Origin: Prochlorococcus sp. AG-347-J21
GTDB taxonomy: Bacteria > Cyanobacteriota > Cyanobacteriia > PCC-6307 > Cyanobiaceae
NCBI GenBank assembly: GCA_003281455.1
Contig: QCBX01000004.1
Coordinates: forward strand, 37,291-101,290
Length of the DNA: 64,000 bases
Direction of reading: 5' to 3'
Under the pieces are notes generated by a model that saw nothing but the letters and a program-made list of their open reading frames with translations, was not told where the DNA came from and made no database searches. Of this stretch, positions 51,108 to 60,135 are shown piece after piece (within the stretch, counting starts at the first letter, position 1; every line of letters begins with the position of its first letter). The translations under genes and the position numbers were made by a program.

Positions 51108-51116
51108 ATTATAACA
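51108..51116 (-). promoter_or_regulatory. extended -10 element (TGTTATAAT) upstream of tRNA-Leu/argD
   Basis: The minus strand reads TGTTATAAT, an exact TGnTATAAT match. The hexamer ends 30 nt upstream of the tRNA 5' end. Confidence 0.4.
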
Positions 51117-51363
51117 AAAATCATTTTATTGACTATGCGTTAGGTAGTTAAAGAATGATAAACCAGGCCACATTTGCTTTTAGTTAAGACTTTTTCATAA
51201 AAACATAGAGTTATATTTATTAAATTTGCTGTCCAGAATTAAGATAAGGGGTAAATCGTAAACATTTATGGAACAGTTTTGTAAAATAATTACTAAAAAA
51301 GCCTTATTTTTGAGATATGGCTTCATAATTAGTAATATTATGTTATATTAGAAGAAAAAAATT

Positions 51364-51471
51364 ATGTCTAAGACTAAAGCTAGAAAATTATCTCTAAAGT
51401 TTGTGCCTTATCTTTTTGTTGTAGTTACTATATTGACAGCATTTGGTACCAACAATGGAAGCTGGGTATGA
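51364..51471 (+). CDS. candidate 35-aa single-TM peptide
   Basis: Hand-translated as MSKTKARKLSLKFVPYLFVVVTILTAFGTNNGSWV*. Basic N-terminus plus a hydrophobic helix. The stop overlaps the next ATG (ATGA). Confidence 0.35.
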   Translation: MSKTKARKLSLKFVPYLFVVVTILTAFGTNNGSWV

Positions 51472-51578
51472 ACCGAATGTATCCTAGTGGTTTAAATAAA
51501 ATTTGGTCTAAACGTTTTTTAGTTTTGTTTTTATTATTTTTAAGTTGTATTTCACTAATAAATATTGCTTACGTTTGA
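51468..51578 (+). CDS. candidate 36-aa single-TM peptide
   Basis: Hand-translated as MNRMYPSGLNKIWSKRFLVLFLLFLSCISLINIAYV*. Same architecture as the upstream peptide, with ATGA overlap. Confidence 0.35.
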   Translation: MNRMYPSGLNKIWSKRFLVLFLLFLSCISLINIAYV

Positions 51579-51600
51579 ATAAATTAACTTAAATATATTT

Positions 51601-52971
51601 TTAAGCAACTCTGGCTTTGGGAATATCATCTGGTTCAGAAGCAATTTTATATTCTTTCTCAGTGAAAGTTTTTTTAATGAATTCTCTAGTTATTTTAACA
51701 CCTAAGATTTTTAGTTTTGATTCAAAATTTTCATAACCTCTATCCAAATGCTCTAGACCATATATCTTACTATTTCCTTTAGCGATAATCGCAGCAATTA
51801 TTAATGCAGCTGAAGACCTTAAATCTGAACCAATTAAATTCATCCCTTTCATTGTTTTAACACCTTTGATGTGAGCTACGTTTTTATCTAGTTTTATGCT
51901 TGCCCCCATTTTCTTAAGTAAATCAATGTGATTCATTCTGTTCTCAAAAATTGTTTCAGTTATCTTTGATTCACCATGGGCGATTGTCATTAAGGTTGTA
52001 AATGGCGCCTGCAAATCAGTAGGAAATCCTGGAAAAGGTGCCGTTTCAATGTCTACTCCTTTAAGCTTTTTGCTCTGAATTGAAATGGAATTACCTTGAA
52101 CAGTGATTTTACTTCCACTCTCTTTAAGTTTATTAGTGACGGCCTCAAGATGATGTGGAATCACAGGAGAAATTGTTATTGAAGAGGAAGTTGCAGCAGC
52201 AGCTATTAGAAAAGTCCCAGCCTCTATTCTGTCTGGAATTACTTTATGCTTACAACCACCTAGTTTATTAACACCATCAATAATTATTGTTTCTTTACCA
52301 GAATCGTAAATTTTTGCCCCCATCTTATTAAGCATTTGACATAAATCCTGAATTTCAGGTTCTCTTGCCGCATTCTCAATAGTTGTTCTTCCCTCTGCTA
52401 GAGATGCAGCCATTATTAAAGTTTCAGTTGCTCCTACGCTTGGGCAATTTAATTTAATATGAGTTCCGCATAGTTGTTTTTTCTTTCCTTTTATTTTTGC
52501 TTTGACAATTCCATCTTCAATAAGTATTTCTGATCCTAATGCTTTTAGTCCTTTAATGTGTTCATCTATTGGCCTTAAGCCAATATTACAACCTCCAGGT
52601 AATGGAACTTTAGCCTCTCCAAATTTACTTAATAAAGCACCGATACAGAAAAAACTAGCTCTTAGTCCATTAACAAGTTCATATGGAAGTTCTTTCATGG
52701 AAATATTTTTTGAATCTATTTCTAAGTTATTGTGTTTGTGTACTAAATTAACTCCTAAATTCTTGAGGATATTCCCCATCTTTTCAATATCAGTGAGACG
52801 AGGGACATTTTCAAGAATTATTCTTTCATTAGTTAGTAATGAAGCTGCAAGTAAAACCAAGGCTGAATTTTTTGCCCCACTTATTTCAACTCTTCCATTT
52901 AATTTTCCTTGGCCAAAAATCTTTAAATTTTGCGATTTAAGATATGACTTATTTTTGCTTTCGCAAATCAT
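51601..52971 (-). CDS. murA: UDP-N-acetylglucosamine 1-carboxyvinyltransferase
   Basis: ISGAKNSALVLLAASLL, active-site loop LPGGCNIGLRPID, FPGFPTDLQAPF. Confidence 0.95.
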   Translation of the reverse strand: MICESKNKSYLKSQNLKIFGQGKLNGRVEISGAKNSALVLLAASLLTNERIILENVPRLTDIEKMGNILKNLGVNLVHKHNNLEIDSKNISMKELPYELVNGLRASFFCIGALLSKFGEAKVPLPGGCNIGLRPIDEHIKGLKALGSEILIEDGIVKAKIKGKKKQLCGTHIKLNCPSVGATETLIMAASLAEGRTTIENAAREPEIQDLCQMLNKMGAKIYDSGKETIIIDGVNKLGGCKHKVIPDRIEAGTFLIAAAATSSSITISPVIPHHLEAVTNKLKESGSKITVQGNSISIQSKKLKGVDIETAPFPGFPTDLQAPFTTLMTIAHGESKITETIFENRMNHIDLLKKMGASIKLDKNVAHIKGVKTMKGMNLIGSDLRSSAALIIAAIIAKGNSKIYGLEHLDRGYENFESKLKILGVKITREFIKKTFTEKEYKIASEPDDIPKARVA

Positions 52972-53143
52972 TAAGACTTAATTTATTAGATTCATAATGA
53001 CAAACTAATACTTGTAAGTCTACCTTATGTAACGTCCTAAATATTAATTAAAAGTAAAAATGTATTATTCAATTTTTAGGAAATTAAATCTTAAAAATTA
53101 TTGATCAAAACTTTAATGGAATTAAAATGTGAATGTTAACTAA

Positions 53144-54004
53144 ATTTTTAAATTTCTCATAGAAAATAATTTTTTAAGAATAACTAGTAAAAATAATAAT
53201 CTAGTTAAAAGATTTAGATCATTTAAAAGCGGATCTTCTCGCAAAGACAATGACTGTTTTTGCATAGAGGGCACTCATCTCATAGAAGAATTATTGAAGT
53301 CTAGAAATGTTCCCTCCAAAGTTTTAGTTACTGAAAAATGGCTTAAAAAAAATCAAAATCTCAGGAAAAAGTTAGATAAATCATTAATGACTATTGTTTC
53401 AGAAGAGGTTTTGGCTTCTGCGATTTCAACAATTAATCCAGATGGGATCGCGGCGTTAGTAGAGATTTCATCAATACCTAATTATCAATTTGAAAGCAAA
53501 GATGATTTTATTCTTATTCTCGATAGGATTCAAGATCCTGGGAATATGGGTAATCTTTTTAGAACGGCTCTAGCTGCTGGAGTTGATGCAATTTTTTTAG
53601 CTGGAGGTGCGCACCCATTAAGCCAAAAGGTACTAAGAGCATCATCTGGTGCAGTCTTTCATTTGCCATTTCAAAGATTTGAGGGTAATGAAGAAGAAAT
53701 AATAAATTCCTTACTAAAGTCTTTATCTGAATTATCAAATTTAGGATTTAAGATTTTTTCAACTAGTAGCTATAATAAAAGTTCAAAAAATCCAACAAAA
53801 CCTTACTGGGAAATTGATTGGTCTAGACATACCGCATTAATTTTGGGCAATGAAGGTCAAGGTATTCATAAAAAAATTCAAGAAGCTTTTAATGAAACAA
53901 TTACAATTCCGCATAGTGAGCTTGTAGAATCATTAAATGTGGCTTGTGTTGCAGTTCCGTTATTACTAGAACGAAAAAGAGTCGCATACACCTCTAATAA
54001 ATAA
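53144..54004 (+). CDS. SpoU/TrmH-family RNA 2'-O-methyltransferase (start unresolved; coordinates give the maximal open frame)
   Basis: C-terminal SPOUT motifs (DRIQDPGNMGNLFRTA, ILGNEGQGI, IPHSELVESLNVA). Family-typical N-terminal sequence (ITSKNNNLVKRFRSF...CIEGTHLIEELL) lies upstream of the first canonical start (TTG 53294). There is no ATG/GTG/TTG in this frame after the stop at 53141-53143. Confidence 0.75.
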   Translation: MFKFLIENNFLRITSKNNNLVKRFRSFKSGSSRKDNDCFCIEGTHLIEELLKSRNVPSKVLVTEKWLKKNQNLRKKLDKSLMTIVSEEVLASAISTINPDGIAALVEISSIPNYQFESKDDFILILDRIQDPGNMGNLFRTALAAGVDAIFLAGGAHPLSQKVLRASSGAVFHLPFQRFEGNEEEIINSLLKSLSELSNLGFKIFSTSSYNKSSKNPTKPYWEIDWSRHTALILGNEGQGIHKKIQEAFNETITIPHSELVESLNVACVAVPLLLERKRVAYTSNK

Positions 54005-54011
54005 ATAAAAA

Positions 54012-55451
54012 GTGACTGATTCAAGTTTTGATTTCGATTTAATTGTATTAGGAGCAGGTTATGGAGGTTTTGATGCCGCTAAACATGCTGCTGGTAAGGG
54101 ACTGAAAGTCGCAATTGTTGAATCTTCTAAAATGGGAGGCACTTGCGTTAACAAGGGTTGTGTCCCCTCTAAAGCTCTTTTGGCTGCTAGTGGAAAAGTC
54201 AGAGAAATAGCTAATTATGAACATTTAGCTAAATTTGGTATTCATGCTTCCCCAGTAAGGTTCGAGAGATCAAAAATTGCAGATCATGCGAATAATTTAG
54301 TTTTAAGTGTTAGAGAAAATTTAACAAAAACTCTTAAAAGGAGCGGAGTTGAAATTATTTTGGGCATTGGCAGAATTGAAGGTAATCAAAAAGTAGGTGT
54401 AAGAGATAAAAACGGTATTGATAAAATTTTGACATGTAAAAATATTGTTATAGCAACTGGTTCTTCTCCTTTTGTGCCCCGTGGAATAACTTTGGATAAT
54501 AGAACTGTATTTACTAGTGATGATGCGGTTAAACTTGAGTGGCTTCCAAGATGGATAGCAATTATTGGAAGCGGATATATAGGACTAGAATTTGCTGATG
54601 TTTATACCGCGCTTGGTTGTGAAGTTACCATGATCGAGGCTTTGGAAAATATTATGCCAACATTTGATCCGGACATCACAAAAATTGCTAAGAAGAACCT
54701 TATTCAAGCAAGAGATATAGACACAAAATCAAATGTATTTGCGACAAAAATAACACCTGGATGCCCTGTAAAAATAGAACTCACAGATGCAAAATCTAAG
54801 GAAGTTGTAGAAACTTTAGAAGTTGACGCTGTACTAGTTGCAACTGGCAGAAGTCCTAATAGTAATAACTTAAATCTTGAGTCGGTTGGTATCGAAACAG
54901 TAAAAGGTTTCATTCCTGTAGATGATAAAATGAGAGTTAAGAATGGGGATGAAATAATACCTAATATATGGGCTGTTGGAGATATAACAGGCAAACTAAT
55001 GCTCGCCCATACAGCTGCAGCGCAGGGTACTATTGCTGTTGATAATATTTGCGGTGGTGATGTCGAAATTAACTATAAAAGTATCCCTGCAGCAACCTTT
55101 ACTCATCCTGAGATAAGTTCAGTTGGCCTCTCTGAAGCTGAAGCTAAAGAGATATCTGCAAAAGAAAATTTTACTTTGGGAGTTGTCAAAAGTTTCTTTA
55201 AGGCTAATTCAAAAGCATTGGCTGAATTGGAGAGTGATGGATTACTAAAGTTGATTTTCAATAAAGATAATGGGAAAGTATTAGGTGCTCATATTTTTGG
55301 ATTACATGCAGCTGATTTGATTCAAGAAATTTCGAACGCTATTTCAAGGAACCAAGATGTAATTGAGTTATCTAAAGAAGTTCATACTCATCCCACTCTT
55401 AGTGAAGTAGTAGAGGTCGCATATAAACAAGCGGCTTCTCAAATAAAATAA
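54012..55451 (+). CDS. lpdA: dihydrolipoamide dehydrogenase
   Basis: FAD motif VLGAGYGG, redox disulfide GGTCVNKGCVPSK, NAD motif IIGSGYIGLE, and C-terminal HTHPTLSE. GTG start. Confidence 0.9.
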   Translation: MTDSSFDFDLIVLGAGYGGFDAAKHAAGKGLKVAIVESSKMGGTCVNKGCVPSKALLAASGKVREIANYEHLAKFGIHASPVRFERSKIADHANNLVLSVRENLTKTLKRSGVEIILGIGRIEGNQKVGVRDKNGIDKILTCKNIVIATGSSPFVPRGITLDNRTVFTSDDAVKLEWLPRWIAIIGSGYIGLEFADVYTALGCEVTMIEALENIMPTFDPDITKIAKKNLIQARDIDTKSNVFATKITPGCPVKIELTDAKSKEVVETLEVDAVLVATGRSPNSNNLNLESVGIETVKGFIPVDDKMRVKNGDEIIPNIWAVGDITGKLMLAHTAAAQGTIAVDNICGGDVEINYKSIPAATFTHPEISSVGLSEAEAKEISAKENFTLGVVKSFFKANSKALAELESDGLLKLIFNKDNGKVLGAHIFGLHAADLIQEISNAISRNQDVIELSKEVHTHPTLSEVVEVAYKQAASQIK

Positions 55452-55463
55452 TATCTAAAATTA

Positions 55464-56351
55464 ATGGAAATAAGACGCAGGCCACCAAACCCAACAGTAA
55501 GGGTAGAAAATTTAGAGTATGCTGTGCCTCATAGAGAAGCACAAGCAAAAAATATTCTGGAAGAAATTGTATGGCACAAGGATATTGAAATAAAAAATTT
55601 TAAAAAAATAGTTTCTTTAGAAGATCTCATCAAAAAGATTGAAAATCTTCCTGCTCCCAAAGATTTTTATAAAAATATATTGGAGTCAAAAATAAAACCA
55701 GGAGTAATTGCTGAAATAAAAAAAGCTAGTCCAAGTAAAGGAGTTATTAGAAAAGATTTTAACCCTGAAGAAATAGCATTTTGTTATGAAGAATTAGGTG
55801 CATCATGTATCTCAGTACTTACCGATAAAAGGTTTTTTCAAGGTAGTTATGAAATACTCGAAACTGTAAGGAAATCGACTAATCTCCCACTACTCTGCAA
55901 AGATTTTATTATTTCTGCTTATCAGATTTATAAAGCAAGGGTATCTGGTGCTGATGCAATATTATTAATCGCTGCGATTTTAAGTGATGATGATTTAATT
56001 TATTTAAAGAAAATAGCTGATAATTTAAAGATGAGTGTTCTTATTGAAGTCCATAACTCTAATGAATTAGAAAGGATTCTAAGGTTAAAATCTTTTAATT
56101 TGATTGGAATAAATAATAGGGACTTAAAGACTTTTAAAACGGATTTAAAAACATCAAAAGAATTGATGCATACATATGCAGATATATTTTTAAAACAAAA
56201 TATTATTCCCATAAGTGAATCTGGAATAAATTGTGCCGAAGATTTAGAATCGCTTAAATCTATTGGAATCATGGGAGTATTAATTGGTGAAACTTTTATG
56301 AGAGAAACTGATATTGAACAATCGTTCAAGAAATTATTTAACTCAATTTAA
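55464..56351 (+). CDS. trpC: indole-3-glycerol phosphate synthase
   Basis: [53 protein letters not shown]. Confidence 0.9.
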   Translation: MEIRRRPPNPTVRVENLEYAVPHREAQAKNILEEIVWHKDIEIKNFKKIVSLEDLIKKIENLPAPKDFYKNILESKIKPGVIAEIKKASPSKGVIRKDFNPEEIAFCYEELGASCISVLTDKRFFQGSYEILETVRKSTNLPLLCKDFIISAYQIYKARVSGADAILLIAAILSDDDLIYLKKIADNLKMSVLIEVHNSNELERILRLKSFNLIGINNRDLKTFKTDLKTSKELMHTYADIFLKQNIIPISESGINCAEDLESLKSIGIMGVLIGETFMRETDIEQSFKKLFNSI

Positions 56352-56406
56352 TATTGACTTCAAATCGTGCTATAAAATTGAATAAACAGAGTTGTTCTGA
56401 ATATAT

Positions 56407-57078
56407 ATGCAGACTGTAATTTTAACAGGTATAGTCGCAGGATTTGCGCATGTAGTTAGTGGCGCTGATCATCTAATTACAATGGCGCCAGCAGCGATTA
56501 ATAAGCCCCAAAAAGCTCTTAAAAATAGTTTCTCATGGGGCTTGGGGCACTCTTCAGGAGTCCTCTTGTTAGCTTTTCTAGCGATTTTTATTAAGGATAT
56601 TACGCCATTAAACAAATTTTCTAGTATTGCCGAATTCCTAGTTGGAATTTCACTTCTAATTGTTGGAGTATTTGCTATAAAAAATTCTTTTCAATTAAGT
56701 ATCCACTCGCATTCCCATAAGCATGAGAATGGGATTGACCATCGTCACTTTCACTTTCATGTTAAGGAACAAAAAAATAATAATAAGCACTCACATGCTT
56801 TGACTGGTTTAGGCTTGCTACACGGTATAGCTGGAGGTTCACATTTTCTTGCAGTTCTTCCTGCTTTAGCACTACCTTTAACAAGCGCTTGCTTATATTT
56901 GATTTCATATTTGATTGGTTCACTCATAAGTATGAATCTTTTTACTTGTCTAATATCTTTTACTACCTTTAAAGCAAGTCAAAAATTTATTAAAAGATTA
57001 ATAGCTGTAGCAGGAGGGCTTTCCTTTTCTTTGGGATTATTTTGGATTCAAAGAAGTGCTTCTGTTTTTTTGAATTAA
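56407..57078 (+). CDS. HupE/UreJ-like membrane protein with His-rich loop, putative Ni transporter (sodT-type position next to sodX/sodN)
   Basis: N-terminal GFAHVVSGADHLITM resembles the HupE/UreJ GFxHPxxGxDHLxxM signature. The central loop is HSHSHKHENGIDHRHFHFH...KHSH. 5-6 TM. The 3' end overlaps sodX convergently by 42 nt. Confidence 0.6.
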   Translation: MQTVILTGIVAGFAHVVSGADHLITMAPAAINKPQKALKNSFSWGLGHSSGVLLLAFLAIFIKDITPLNKFSSIAEFLVGISLLIVGVFAIKNSFQLSIHSHSHKHENGIDHRHFHFHVKEQKNNNKHSHALTGLGLLHGIAGGSHFLAVLPALALPLTSACLYLISYLIGSLISMNLFTCLISFTTFKASQKFIKRLIAVAGGLSFSLGLFWIQRSASVFLN

Positions 57079-57441
57079 AAAATATTTTAATTTAGGAATA
57101 ATTAATTTTGATGTGACAATCCCGATTATTTTTTCGTTATTGATTAATCCAAATTTATTACTATCTTCGCTAAATTCAATATTGTCGCCAATAACCTCAA
57201 TGTTATTTTGATTTACTGAATTTATCCTTTTTATTAGGTTTTTATTGTTAATTGGATGATTAAAAATAACTATTTGTCGATTTTTAAGTATTGATTTATT
57301 CTTTTTATATTTTTTAAAAAATACAATGTCACCATCTTTTAGGTAAGGAAACATCGATTCACCACTAATAATCGCAGTTTTTCTTAAACCTAAAAAAAAT
57401 AAAATAAAATCAAAAAAACTTTTGAAAATAACTCTGATTAA
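57037..57441 (-). CDS. sodX: NiSOD maturation endopeptidase SodX (S26 signal-peptidase-like; start unresolved, coordinates give the maximal open frame)
   Basis: The S26 catalytic box SGESMFPYLKDGD has its Ser two codons upstream of the only ATG (57354). The frame is open back to 57441 and encodes a TM-like leader (FFDFILFFLGL) with no canonical start. It lies directly downstream of sodN. Confidence 0.7.
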   Translation of the reverse strand, partial: LIRVIFKSFFDFILFFLGLRKTAIISGESMFPYLKDGDIVFFKKYKKNKSILKNRQIVIFNHPINNKNLIKRINSVNQNNIEVIGDNIEFSEDSNKFGLINNEKIIGIVTSKLIIPKLKYFLIQKNRSTSLNPK

Positions 57442-57911
57442 CTAGCTTTTACAAAAGCGTCTGATCTTCCTTTTGAAGCCCAGAAAATATTATGAATTTT
57501 TTCTACATAACTCATGAGTTCTTCAGCTTGGGTTAAGTCAATATTAACTTTGCATGCACTGCATAATTTGGCCGCCTTCCAAATGGTTTCATGTAAGTCT
57601 GGATAAGTTTCTAAGTGAACTGGTTTAAAGTAATCTGTCCACAAAATTAGAATCTCTTTCTTTGTTTCTTTGGCTTGCTCTTCTTTAACTGCAACATATC
57701 TAGAAAATGTATTACTGTAGGCAGCCCACTCTGCTGAATCAGTGCTAGTAGGAGCCTCTAATGCAATAAGTTTTTTTGTCATTGATAAAACTGCTTCAGC
57801 TGCAACTCTCGTAGATGCTGGGTCGTAAACACCACAAGGACCATCGCAGTGAGCATGGACTGTCATTGGTGATTTTTTATCTAGAAAAGGATTGATGAAT
57901 TTACTTAACAT
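57438..57911 (-). CDS. sodN: nickel-containing superoxide dismutase precursor
   Basis: A pro-peptide is followed by the Ni-hook HCDGPCGVYDP. The predicted cleavage site is ...TVHA/HCDG. Confidence 0.95.
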   Translation of the reverse strand: MLSKFINPFLDKKSPMTVHAHCDGPCGVYDPASTRVAAEAVLSMTKKLIALEAPTSTDSAEWAAYSNTFSRYVAVKEEQAKETKKEILILWTDYFKPVHLETYPDLHETIWKAAKLCSACKVNIDLTQAEELMSYVEKIHNIFWASKGRSDAFVKAS

Positions 57912-57989
57912 TTCAAATATTTGGTGTTGTATATATATTACTTGGAGATTAACTAAATTGAAAAGTCTTAGATATTTTTCTTACTTAAT

Positions 57990-58562
57990 TTAATTGACTT
58001 TTAATAATTCAACTTCAAATATTAAAGTCGCATTAGCAGGTATTACATTTCCAGCTCCTCTTGATCCGTATCCAAGTTCCGGAGGTATTGTTAATTTTCT
58101 TTTACCTCCAACTTTCATGCCTGCTACACCTTCGTCCCAACCTTTTATTACTCGTCCAGCACCCAAGGGAAAGCTGAATGGAGCTCTGCCGATACTAGTA
58201 TCAAATTGTGTTCCGTCTTCTAGTGTTCCTGTGTAATTTACAGTAACTGTTTGACCAGCATTAGCCTCATCTCCTTCCCCGTTTACGATATCTGCAATAA
58301 TTAGACCACTTTCTGTAGTCCTTGAATTATTGTCTGATGGTGTTTCTTCTGCCATAGCGAAAAGTATAGGATTTGGATCAGATGGGTCTAGTTCAAATAA
58401 ATTATTATTTGAGACATTTGATGATTTTGCAACAGGTGTTCTTTGAACTGACTGAGTTTCTGATTCAGCAGCGTTAACAACTTGAGGTGAATTAAATTGA
58501 CTGAAAAGAGTTAATGAAACACAAAAAACAAAAACTGCAAAACTGATAAAGACTTCTTTCAC
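57990..58562 (-). CDS. FKBP-type peptidyl-prolyl cis-trans isomerase with signal peptide
   Basis: C-terminal FKBP domain: [18 protein letters not shown]...[38 protein letters not shown]...LIFEVELL. Confidence 0.9.
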   Translation of the reverse strand: MKEVFISFAVFVFCVSLTLFSQFNSPQVVNAAESETQSVQRTPVAKSSNVSNNNLFELDPSDPNPILFAMAEETPSDNNSRTTESGLIIADIVNGEGDEANAGQTVTVNYTGTLEDGTQFDTSIGRAPFSFPLGAGRVIKGWDEGVAGMKVGGKRKLTIPPELGYGSRGAGNVIPANATLIFEVELLKVN

Positions 58563-58647
58563 TTAAATTTTGAAAGTTACTAAACTTAGTTTACAGAATG
58601 AAGTTACAATAAATGGGTGATTATAAATTTAATTTCGTAATTTTAGA

Positions 58648-60135
58648 TTGTTAATCCCAACTCAAATTAAAAGTCTAAGACGATATTTTTGCCCTTGTTT
58701 AGGAGGGATATTAGGAGGAATTTCAGTTTCAACTTATTTTTGGCTGATTTTTATGCCGATATCATTATTTATTTTATGGAAGGGAAGTGAAAGGAGAATA
58801 GCAAATTTTTGTTGGGGATTTTTCTTTATCTTGATAAGTCATTCTTGGCTTTATGATCTTCATCCATTGACATGGCTTGGGTTTTCATGGCTTACAAGTT
58901 TAATAATCACCATCTTAGTATTATTATTTTGCGCTTTTTTGGGTGGGATATTAGTTTATTTATGGGGATTGTTAGTTGAAATCATTCTCTGGAAAGAAGA
59001 TGTTTTCAAAATGAAAATATTATCTTTAACAGTAAAAGTATTTTTTTTATCTTTGACTTGGGGTATTGGTGAATTGATACTTTCTCAAACACCTTTTTTT
59101 TGGATAGGTTTAGGAGAGAGCCTTATCCCAGGTGATATTTATCTTGCTGGTTTAGCAAGATGGATTGGTGCAAGTGGTTTATGTGTATTACAAATATTGA
59201 TTGGATTTTGGATTTTTTATATTCAAGGTAGATGGGAAAGAAAACTTTACTTTAAAAAAATATTTCTTTTAGGACTTTTGGTTTTTATTTTCTTACATTT
59301 ATTTGGAGGTTTAACAACTCCAATTAAAAGAAATTATGAATATCCAGTAGCTATTTGGCAAACTAATATACCAACAAGAGAAAAATTAAAAATAAATGAT
59401 GAATCTATTGAAGAAAAGCTATCTAATGCTCAAGAATATGCTTTAGCCAATCAAGCAAAACTTCTTGTTGCTCCTGAAGGGACTTTAAATAGTAATTTTT
59501 ATTTATCTAAAGGCTTTAAGGTTAATACCTTGGCAGGAGGTTTTAGAAATTCTAATAATGAGTTAAGAAGTTCTTTACTCGGATTTAAAATTGGAGATAA
59601 ATCTTTTACCTCATTTATAGATAAACATAGACTTGTTCCATTAGGTGAAAAAACACCTAGATTTCTAGATAGTTTTTCAAGAGGATTATCTGCTGTAGGA
59701 GGAATTCAACCTGGCTCTGATTCAAGATTGTTGGATCCTAAATTTACACAACCTCTAGCAGTGGCTATTTGTTATGAAATTAGTGATGGATTTAAAATAA
59801 GAAAAGCTATTAATAGCGGTGCAAAACTAATAATAACTGCAGCAAATTTAGATCCCTATCCAACTAAGCTTTATAATCAATTCCTGTCTTTGACAAGATT
59901 GAGAAGTATTGAAAATAAAAAAGATAATATACTTGTATCTAACACTGGTCCTTCGGGTTTAGTTAAAGATGATGGGAAAATAATTCAACTCCTAGATTTA
60001 AATGTGGAGCAAAATAAAGTAGTTTTCCCTAATTTTTCATCCGACAAGACCTTCTATACAAAATTTGGAGATAAACCTATTTTGTTATTGTTTATATTTT
60101 TTATGGGATTAAATTTCTTTTGGAAAATTAATTAA
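58648..60135 (+). CDS. lnt: apolipoprotein N-acyltransferase
   Basis: Multi-TM N-terminal half plus a C-terminal CN-hydrolase domain ([22 protein letters not shown]). TTG start. Confidence 0.8.
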   Translation: MLIPTQIKSLRRYFCPCLGGILGGISVSTYFWLIFMPISLFILWKGSERRIANFCWGFFFILISHSWLYDLHPLTWLGFSWLTSLIITILVLLFCAFLGGILVYLWGLLVEIILWKEDVFKMKILSLTVKVFFLSLTWGIGELILSQTPFFWIGLGESLIPGDIYLAGLARWIGASGLCVLQILIGFWIFYIQGRWERKLYFKKIFLLGLLVFIFLHLFGGLTTPIKRNYEYPVAIWQTNIPTREKLKINDESIEEKLSNAQEYALANQAKLLVAPEGTLNSNFYLSKGFKVNTLAGGFRNSNNELRSSLLGFKIGDKSFTSFIDKHRLVPLGEKTPRFLDSFSRGLSAVGGIQPGSDSRLLDPKFTQPLAVAICYEISDGFKIRKAINSGAKLIITAANLDPYPTKLYNQFLSLTRLRSIENKKDNILVSNTGPSGLVKDDGKIIQLLDLNVEQNKVVFPNFSSDKTFYTKFGDKPILLLFIFFMGLNFFWKIN

